A stretch of 32,000 nt of DNA from Candidatus Saccharimonadota bacterium. GTDB taxonomy: Bacteria > Patescibacteriota > Gracilibacteria > BD1-5 > UBA6164. Positions 21,538 through 29,820 of this stretch are shown piece after piece (positions within the stretch are counted from its first letter, which is position 1; every line of letters begins with the position of its first letter). The translations under genes and the position numbers were made by a program. Location of the stretch: NCBI GenBank assembly GCA_004563595.2, contig CP042461.1, forward strand, positions 480,001 through 512,000, written 5' to 3'. The notes under the pieces are model-generated. The model ran no database searches, had not been told where the DNA came from, and saw only the letters and a program-made list of their open reading frames with translations.

Positions 21538-22840
21538 ATCTTAGATTATCGACATCTCATGCTCATAGAAGTAATATTATAGAATTACTCTTGTTGTCTA
21601 CTTCATAATCCTTAATGAAATTTATCACTCGCTCTAGTCAGTGTCCATTATACTTTTTGTCATGAATGATATTGTCTAGTAGTATATCTGTCGACATAAT
21701 TTTCTTGTCATTATCGGAATCTCTAGATTCATATATATTTGGAATCACTAATATGTCAGTGTCGATAAAGCTTGTCTTAAATCAATCTAGTAGCTCAATA
21801 GTCCTATTATATTGGTGGGGTTGAAATATTGTCAATAATGTTTTGTCTTGGTATTTCTCTTTGATAGACTGTAGCGTGAGTTTGACCTCAGTAGGATGAT
21901 GTCAATAATCACTTATGAGAATATTGCCATTCTCTGTCTGTCCAATAAATTCCATCCTTCTCCATACTCAGTTGTAATTTTCAAGAGACTTTTTAATGTT
22001 GACACATTGTAGTCAAAGAATTATTCATAGGGTATAACTGAGCTTCGCATCAAATAAAATGTGATCTCAAGGAACTTGCATATTTATTTTTGGGAAATCT
22101 ATTTTTGTATTATTGAGTGAATAGTAATTTTCATATACTTCAATATATGTGATATCATTTCTCAATCAAATTAATTTTTTACAGTTTTCATCTTCTCAAT
22201 TTAAAATAACATATCATCAAGACTTTATATTATTTATGAATTCTTTAAATGCTGAAATATAATCATCGAGATCTTTATAATAATCTAGGTGATCAATTTC
22301 TATATTTGTTATGATTCAAATATATGGATTATAACTTAAAAATGATCTATTATATTCACATGCCTCAACTGTGAAATATTTGCTTTCAGAAAAATAAGAA
22401 TTTTTATTATTAAATTCTTTTAGTATTGTTCCAACTATTGCATTTACTCATAGATTAGAATTTTTTAACATGATACTACACATACTTGTAGTAGTTGATT
22501 TCCCATGTGTTCCTGCAATTGCTATGAGCTTTTTATCTTCTGAAATCATGGATATAGCCTGAGGTCATGTCATCATTTCTATTCAGAGCTTTTTTGCTTT
22601 TTGCATTTCCTTTTGAGTTTGTGGAATTGCTTCAGTAAATATAATTTTTTCAAATGAGTTATCTATTCTTGAATCATCTGCTCATATGATAATATTTATT
22701 CATTCATTTATAAGTGATTGTACTAACTCAGAATCTGTAGAGTCACTTCAAAGTACTTCATATCAGTGTTCATTATAATATCTTGCAATAGCAGACATTA
22801 GTATTCAGCCGATTCAGATTATGTATATTTTTTTGTTCAT
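21518..22840 (-). CDS. murC: UDP-N-acetylmuramate--L-alanine ligase
   Basis: 440 aa: [22 protein letters not shown] (GIGG with TGA at 22814-22816 and 22805-22807), ...[15 protein letters not shown]..., ...[10 protein letters not shown]..., ...DYGHHPTE..., ...LLLGAGDV. The 1323 nt are in frame. Confidence 0.92.
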
Positions 22841-22847
22841 GTTTTAT

Positions 22848-23372
22848 TTATATTTCTTTATTTAATACTTCATAAATTTTAGGGAATACTTCATTATCTA
22901 AATCTATGAGTTCTTCTTCAGTAAATTTAGAGAGTACCCAGTCAGATACTTCAAAGTGTGAGTTAAATCACACTCATACTTTGATTCTTTTAAAATCATC
23001 TTTAAAATGCCTGATAATATCTTTGATCCCGTTATGTCATCAAGCAGATCATTTGTCTCTGAATCTTACTTTTCAAAAATCCATACTCATATCATCAAAA
23101 ACCACTATCCAGTCCTCAGGATCTATTTTATAAAAATCTATTATTTTTCTGAGGCTTTCTCAACTGAGGTTCATAAAAGTTTGAGGTTTGAGAAGAATAG
23201 TTTTTTCTCCTTCAAATATTCAATTAGATATTTCTCACTTAAATTTTGATTCAAAATGAAAGTCAGAAAAATTCTCTTTTCAAGCAAAATAATCCAAGAA
23301 TAAAAAACCAAGGTTATGTCTGGTAAGTTTATATTGATCTCAAGGGTTTCAAAGTCATATTATGAGTTTCAT
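22848..23372 (-). CDS. pth: Peptidyl-tRNA hydrolase
   Basis: 174 aa: [23 protein letters not shown] (all three Gly of GLGNPG are TGA, at 23355-57, 23349-51 and 23340-42), ...LLKPQTFMNLSGES..., ...[30 protein letters not shown]. Confidence 0.92.
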
Positions 23373-23716
23373 GGTTTTGTAATATTATTGATATCTGAAT
23401 TTATTCATATTATAGTCCTTCCTAGTTTGAATCTCTGAACATCTCTAAAATTAGTTAAATTATGCTTTTTCGCAAATATTAATATTGCTTCTAATAGGTT
23501 TACTAATGCATCAACTTTACTATTTCCTTGACCAAACATAAGGTCCATTCAATTAATATAGGTAATATAGTCTAGTAGATTATCTTTTTTTAAAGCTGTA
23601 GTTTTTATGAGCCTTTTTGGTATTACGAAAGTATTAAAATTAAATCTTAATATATATTCATTTTTCTCTTCAATAAAAGCCAATTCCTCCTTTTTTCATG
23701 GATTATGTATTCCCAT
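23360..23716 (-). CDS. Hypothetical protein (118 aa)
   Basis: A 357-nt frame free of TAA/TAG runs from ATG 23716 to TAA 23362-23360, with 5 in-frame TGA codons. It overlaps the pth start by 13 nt. The start codon is uncertain: an AAGGAGG tract lies just inside the 5' end. I recognised no motif. Confidence 0.5.
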
Positions 23717-23726
23717 AAAATATTTT

Positions 23727-24647
23727 TTATTTCATAAATTTATTGTGTATTTCCTTTAATTTTGTATTAGTTACGTGTGTATATACCTGAGTCGTTGTAA
23801 TACTAGAATGTCCGAGCATTTCTTGTATAGATCTGAGATCTGCTCAAGCTCAAAGTAATGTAGTAGCAAATGAATGTCTCAGGGTATGTGCTGAGATATT
23901 TTTTAGTATCATAGCTTTTACTGCATAGTTTTTGATCATTCAAGTTATGAAGAAACGAGAGAGTCTAACTTTTTCATCTTCTAGTGCGTCAATATTCTCT
24001 ATCTTAATATTATGTCTGATAAAGAGAGGGGATAGGTGATCATTTCTCTTATTCAGATAATCTTTTATCAGTTGTGCTGCATGTTCAGTTAAATAAACTA
24101 CTCTTACTTTACGTCACTTTCATCTGACCGCAAATTCTTTTCTTTCTAGATTTATATCAGTTTTATTAAGGTTTGTTAATTCTGATACTCTGAGTCATGT
24201 GGAATAAATACATTCCATAATGGCAATATCTCTCATTCAAATCATAGTTGTTGTTTCTGGAGCTTTGAAGAGCCTTTCAATTTCTTCTTCTGTGAGATAT
24301 TCAACCATTCTTGGGTCAGCTTTCATAAGATCAATAGCTGTTGCTGAGAGAGATGGAATTCAATTTTTCTCAAGGTATTTGAGGAAGCTTCTCAGAGTTA
24401 TCATATATGCATTTGCTGTTTTTATACTGATAGATTTATTTCATTTGTATAAATATGTACGAAATCATTCAGATATCTTGAGATCTATCTTTTCAACATC
24501 ATATTTATAACTATCTATATTTTTTTCTTCTAAATACTCACTAAATTTATTTAAATGCCTATCGTATTGTTCAATAGTTCTTTCTGATTTATTTTTTCTT
24601 ACCTCTAACCATTCAAGAAAATCAGTATGTGCTTTGTGAAATTTCAT
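23727..24647 (-). CDS. Tyrosine recombinase, XerC/XerD family
   Basis: 306 aa. The N-terminal SAM-like domain is [35 protein letters not shown]. The catalytic region is ...[10 protein letters not shown]...[40 protein letters not shown] (R...HxxR...H...Y). It extends track ORF 24465-24647 through TGA. Confidence 0.88.
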
Positions 24648-24706
24648 AAATTATAGTTTAGTAAAATGAAAGATTTTATTTGTGTTTTATATTTTTTGCC
24701 AATAAT

Positions 24707-24812
24707 ACTCCCCCTGCCTTTCAGGCATCCCCCTCCATGAGGGGGAACTTAAAAAAAACTATGCATTTTAGTCTCCCTCATGGAGGGAGATGTCCGCTAG
24801 GACAGAGGGAGT
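24707..24812. repeat. GC-rich nested inverted repeat (106 bp) in the map / xer intergenic region
   Basis: The left arm (24707-24746) is ACTCCCCCTGCCTTTCAGGCATCCCCCTCCATGAGGGGGA. The right arm (24772-24812) is TCTCCCTCATGGAGGGAGATGTCCGCTAGGACAGAGGGAGT, approximately the reverse complement of the left arm. The spacer is 25 nt and AT-rich. Each arm also contains its own hairpins: TGCC/GGCA, CCCCCTC/GAGGGGG, TCTCCCTC/GAGGGAGA and TGTCC/GGACA. Confidence 0.8.
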
Positions 24813-24828
24813 TTTTCTAGTTTTCCTT

Positions 24829-25572
24829 CTATATTATAATCTCAGGTTCTCAGTCTGTAATAAGTATAGTATGTTCATATTGACATCAGAGGCCCCCATC
24901 TTTTATATATATTTCCCAGTCTCATTCATCTACTATTTGTCCAGATGTTTCTCATAGAATTGGTTCGATTGCGAGAGTCATTCATTTTTGTAATTTTACA
25001 CCTGTTCAAGCTTTTCAAAAATTTGGGATATATGGTTTTTCATGGAGTTCTTTTCATATAGCATGTCCTGTAAGATCACGAACAACTTTATATCATGATG
25101 CTTCAATTTCATGTTGAATAGCTGCACTAATATCTCAAACTGTGTTTCAAACTTTTGCCATTTTTATTCCAGCATAAAGAGCATCTTTATTTGCTTGAAT
25201 GAGTTTTGCAGCCTTGGGGTTTGTATCATCTCATCAGCATACTAGTGATATAGCTGCATCTGTATTGATTCATAGCTCTTTATCTTTTATTCAAAAATCA
25301 AAAGTGACAAGGTCTCCTTCATTGAATATAAGTCATTTCCTAGCTCTTCCATGTACAACAACATCATTTACACTGACACAAATGTTGTTTGGGAATCAGT
25401 ATACTCCTCTAAAACCACAAAGTACTCAATGCTCTTTTGCAATTTCTCAGCATATCTTATCAATTTCAACAGCAGTTGTTCATACTTTAAACATTTTTCT
25501 TATTGCCGCAAAAACTTTTACATGGATTTTTGCATTTGCTTTCATTTGTAATATTTCTGTATTGGTTAACAT
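24829..25572 (-). CDS. map: Methionine aminopeptidase, type I
   Basis: 247 aa: ...NNICVSVNDVVVHGRA...GDLVTFDFG...NTDAAISL...VRDLTGHAIGKELHEKPYIPN...GMTLAIEPIL...YEHTILIT (metal-ligand pattern D, D, H, E, E). It ends at TAG 24831-24829. Confidence 0.92.
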
Positions 25573-25587
25573 TCTTTTTATTATTAT

Positions 25588-26847
25588 TTAATTATTAAAA
25601 CAGTTTCAATCACCCCTTCATTGTGAATCGCAGACCTTTTCTGCAATCTTTATCGTATCGGAGAGTGTGTTTATACTACTAGACAGATTGTAGTGAAGAT
25701 TTAAAATTCTTGCTTTTAATTTTTCAGTATTTACATCTTCTACTGCAGTGAATGGGATTTCTGATTGATAGAGCGTAGCTATATTTTCTTTAATAGTTTC
25801 GGTTACTTTGAGTTTATTGGTCTTTTTTGTGAGATCAGTAACATTTACAACTTCTTTATCTTCAAAAGCTTGAGTTAAACTTTCTCAAAAACTTTCTAAT
25901 TGATCTGCGACGCTTCCAATAATATTTGAAAAAGAATTTGTGATAAAATTATTATCAGTTGAGTAAAATCATTCAGAATTAAATTTTTCTAGATTTCATT
26001 GTATGATTGCCTGATTTTCCATTGATACTCATTGCCTACTGAGCTCTTTTCCAAGAAGCTCTTTTTCTTGAGTTCTGTAATCTGGATCTTTTGGTGATCA
26101 TGTAAGTAATGTCCAAGCCTCTTTCCATTCTTCAATTCATTTTTTTCAATCTTGACCTAAAAGTGTAATTTCTTCTATACTCTTTTGTATTTTTGAGAAA
26201 AAAGTTCATTCAGATGTGGTACAAGCTTCAAGTCAATATCCATAGTGCCTATTAAACTCTAAGTAAAATTTTCTTTCATCTATAAGTATGAGTTCTTGAT
26301 TTTTTACAGCCTTTTCTGATTCCTGAGTCACGATTGCTCTGTATAGTTGTCAGAGTTGAATTGTATTTTTGAGGAGACTTCAAACGATATCACTGCTTTT
26401 TCATATGAGTTCACAGTTATTTACTCAATCACAAGTATTATTTATTTGAATATTAGAATATCATTTTTTTTCGATTTTATCTAAATATGCTTTCAGTCAC
26501 TTTATTTCATTTTGAATTAATCTATGGTCTCTTTTTATGGGAGTTGGTATTTCGTTTGAAATAGGGAAGAGCACATAATAGTTAAATCAAACAAAGTATG
26601 AATCCCAATCAAGTGTTTCATTAGAAAGCTTGGTAAAATTAAGCCATACAGCATTCGGTACATTTTTTTTCTCATTTGATGACAATAATTCTGCATTTAC
26701 ATTTTTTACTACATTTCGTACATTTTTTATATATTCAGTTAATACTGGAGCTGGTTGATTTTGAATTAAACAAAGACCAGCTGCATGAGTTTGATTCATT
26801 CAGAAGAATATTATTCAGAGTATTATCGGAAAAATTTTCTTTAGCAT
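25588..26847 (-). CDS. Secreted hypothetical protein (419 aa)
   Basis: The code-25 frame runs from ATG 26847 to TAA 25590-25588 (1260 nt) and includes track ORF 26587-26799. Signal peptide MLKKIFPIILGIIFFGMNQTHA/AG. The C-terminus is ...KVCDSQGRGDGNCFNN. No known motif. Confidence 0.75.
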
Positions 26848-26871
26848 AGAGTTGTTATATTATTTATAGTA

Positions 26872-28593
26872 TTATCATACAGGAATTTCTTTCATTTGTT
26901 TGATGACATTTTGTAAGCTTTGTACATAATCAGATATGGCTTTTGAGAATAACTCTAACTCTATAAACTGATCTCAGAAGTCCTCCATAGTTTCATATTG
27001 TACTTTTTTTCAAACTGACTTTCAAATAAAATTAAGTTTTTCTTTTCGTTCATTAACTCTTTTATTAAACTGCTCATGTTTTATAGCTACATCAGTTATG
27101 TTTAATTCTGCAGAATCAAGAAGTGTCTTTAATTCACTCTCACTTTTTGAAAAAATAGAGAGATCATTCCTTCTTTTATAATCAAGGGAAAGCGAATTAT
27201 AGTAGGTTTCAAGCATTTTATCTTTTGAAAATTCACTTTTATCTTTATCTTCAGTTTCTTTTTTTATATCTAGGATTGGTACTGGTTTGGTTTGAATTTG
27301 AAAAGATATATGAAACATGTCAGCTAAATTGAGATCTTTTAGTCAGAGCTCAAAGTTATTTGTTGTCATTTTTGCTGGTGCTAGTGAAGTATTTGCAAAC
27401 TTCCTTAAGTGTTCATTTGATCTATTTAATAGGTATTCAATACTTATATTCTCTCCTCAAACCAACAATTTATGTTCATATACAACAAAATCTACAAATA
27501 TACAAAAGAAATTATTACATGGCCAAGCATCTCCTACCGTTGAATAAGATCAGTTATTTATAGAATCATTATCTGGATTATTATTTGATTCAGAATTATC
27601 ACTTTCATCTTGTTCTCTATTTTCAATAGATGAACTTTCTACTTGTGGTACTGAAATATTTGGGTTCTCTATATTATTTATAAGATTTTCTAGAGTATCA
27701 GGAGAGAATCAGTTTTGAATCTTATCATCATAACTACATATGTATTTATTTGAGTTTCACAGAACCAATGGTAGATTTTTATTCTCTTGATTGGCTTCTT
27801 CTATATTTTCATCTTCAGAGCTTTCAGAAGTACTCTCTGCTCATGAACTCACAGCTGGGGTGGGAGAAAAATTATTTTTATCATTTTTTATTCCAAAATT
27901 TCATGCGAGATAATCATCAATATTTTCATAATCAGCTCATTCATATTCTATTTTACTTGAGAAAATTATAGCATCTATTTTTTGTAAATCATCTACTAAG
28001 TCAAAGCTAGAGTTTTCAATGATACCATCACTGTAAAGTCAGATTTGAGAAATAGAATGAATTTGCTTGGATTTTTCTTCTGCTGAGCTCTGAGCAATAT
28101 TATGAATTTCTTGAATAGCATTTTGAATTTTATTTATTTTTTCTATTGATATACTTTGATCTTCTCACTTGCATTCATCTGTAATTTTTGAAGCTAACAC
28201 TCAAATATCTCAAGCAGATATTTTTTGTATATCAGATGATGAGATATTATCAATAATACATTTTCACACTCAATCAATTTCTAGTATTTCATTTATATAC
28301 TTTGCCATAGAGTCTTCTCATCACTTTAATTCATATTCATAATTTTTGAGTTCTAATTGCTCAAATCACTTATCAATATTTTTATATAAGTCTAATCATA
28401 AATCTTCGCCTAAAAAACTCCCATCATCTTGATATTCACTACTAAATCCTGTTACAGCGTTTTGAACGGATTCTATAGTATTACTATAACTAGATTCTGC
28501 TTTTGCAAAGTCATAAGAATAGCTTATCAATAAAAAGAAGATAAAAAGAAGATAAAAAATGTATGTTATTTTTTGAGACATAGAATGTTTCAT
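26872..28593 (-). CDS. Secreted or membrane-anchored hypothetical protein (573 aa)
   Basis: The code-25 frame runs from ATG 28593 to TAA 26874-26872 (1722 nt) and joins track ORFs 28396-28593 and 27022-27318. The leader is MKHSMSQKITYIFYLLFIFFLLISYSYDFAKA. It has acidic Ser/Asn/Glu-rich linkers and the motif GDAWPCNNFFCIFVDFVVYEH. Confidence 0.75.
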
Positions 28594-28620
28594 TAATTAT
28601 GTGACTCTAAATTTTGCTTG

Positions 28621-28648
28621 ATTATACCCAAAAAACATGATTTTCCAA
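28621..28648 (-). promoter_or_regulatory. Candidate promoter for the 573-aa gene operon
   Basis: On the - strand: TTGGAA (forward 28643-28648), a 16-nt spacer, then TATAAT (forward 28621-28626). This is about 27 nt upstream of ATG 28593 and directly downstream of a terminator hairpin. Confidence 0.45.
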
Positions 28649-28649
28649 G

Positions 28650-28682
28650 AAAAAACCATGTAAAATTTACATGGTTTTTTTT
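28650..28682. terminator. Palindromic intrinsic terminator
   Basis: AAAAAACCATGTAAA-A-TTTACATGGTTTTTTTT, an 11-nt perfect inverted repeat flanked by A- and T-runs. Confidence 0.7.
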
Positions 28683-28712
28683 GTTACTATTCTTAGTAGA
28701 GAATTTTAAATT

Positions 28713-28737
28713 AAAAAAAGCCTTCTGGCTTTTTTTT
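28713..28737 (-). terminator. Intrinsic terminator after the 114-aa gene
   Basis: AAAAAAAGCC-TTCT-GGCTTTTTTTT, a short GC-containing stem with A/T runs on both sides. It lies 24 nt beyond the stop at 28761-28763. Confidence 0.7.
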
Positions 28738-28760
28738 CGACTTAGTGAAATATAAAATAC

Positions 28761-29105
28761 TTAAAAATAGTGGATTCACACTTTGTTAAATGTAAAACCA
28801 AAAATGCCTCCGTTACGGAAAGAAAGCTTTGCAGATATACCAAAACTAGATTTTTCTCCAGTTATTCCATATATCATACGACCATCAGAAAACTTACCTG
28901 ACATTTCGATCATTTTAATATCGTAGAAAGTAAATTTTGCATTATTAAGAGCATCTTTTTTATGAATTTCATTGGCATTTATATCTCCAATTGTAACTAC
29001 TAATAAGCTGTTAGGGTAATCAAAAAATACCGAAATTATATCAGAATCATGAAAATCGCCTTTCAAAGATAGTATTTCTAAAAAATCGTTATTTGATATT
29101 TTCAT
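28761..29105 (-). CDS. Small hypothetical protein (114 aa), cytoplasmic, beta-rich-looking
   Basis: Track ORF 28776-29105 is extended through its terminal TGA (28776-28778) to TAA 28763-28761, giving ...FNKVGIHYF. There is no signal peptide. Only 1 of 11 Gly codons is TGA. Confidence 0.65.
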
Positions 29106-29154
29106 AATTAAAGTTAAGGAACTAATATGTTTGCTCCGTTTCCGATCTTATAGC

Positions 29155-29715
29155 TTAGGCTACATAAGATAGGTTATATTTTTTATTTCCTCATAGGATT
29201 TCTTCTAATTCTGTAATTTCTCAGAGCTGAGATTCCCTAATATAGGTACTTGAAACAAAAAAATCATAAAAATCATTTCAAAAATCTTTTGCCCCCATCA
29301 AACAAAGGTATAGATAATAATTATTTGCTTCGTTTGTAACATCGTAAGTTGCATTATTTTTATTTGAGGAAAAAACAAAGACTTCTCAGAGCGAAGATCA
29401 ATTAAAAAAATCAAATGCTTTTGTTTTTACTAATTCATATTCATTTTCTCTTTGTAATAGTTTTTCGAAATAATCATTATCCATCTCAAATATAACCCCA
29501 TTTACAGAATCTGCTTGCTTATTTGTTTTCATTACATCCAAAGCACACATAGGGATACCTTGAAATTCTCATGTTCTAAAACCAATTGGATCATGGAGAT
29601 TAAAACTTCTTTTGAATTCTTTAATTATTCCAGGGCCAATGACTTGAGCATTTGGCACAGTAAATTGAAGAGATTTTGTATTAATAAGAGATCAAAATCA
29701 AAAAATCCTTTTCAT
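29155..29715 (-). CDS. Gamma-glutamylcyclotransferase-like (GGCT/AIG2/ChaC-like fold) protein
   Basis: 186 aa. The N-terminus MKRIFGFGSLIN matches the (Y/F)G(S)L signature of GGCT-family proteins. The 561 nt are in frame. By my count 8 of 15 Gly codons are TGA. Confidence 0.7.
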
Positions 29716-29820
29716 ATATTATGGTATTAGCTTCAGATAAAATGTAGCTTCTTTTTCCTGCTAAGGAGAGAGAATTAGGCCTTGCATCATCCTTTTGGGC
29801 AAGAGAGAGGTATTTAATTT

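Noticed and set aside
24707-24812. The GC-rich palindrome as a tRNA, SRP (4.5S) RNA or small-protein gene. A 27-codon ATG...TAG frame exists at 24737-24820.
   Set aside because: There is no T-loop (GTTCGA/GTTCAA) or cloverleaf geometry. There is no GNRA-capped helix with the conserved SRP domain IV motifs. The mini-ORF is a by-product of the palindromic CATG cores and has no ribosome-binding context.
29763-29810. Two purine tracts (AAGGAGAGAGAA at 29763-29774 and AAGAGAGAGG at 29801-29810) that look like strong Shine-Dalgarno sites on the + strand.
   Set aside because: No start codon or open frame follows on the + strand. They lie in the 105-nt clpC / GGCT-like intergenic spacer and are direct, not inverted, repeats. 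I have no supportable function for them.
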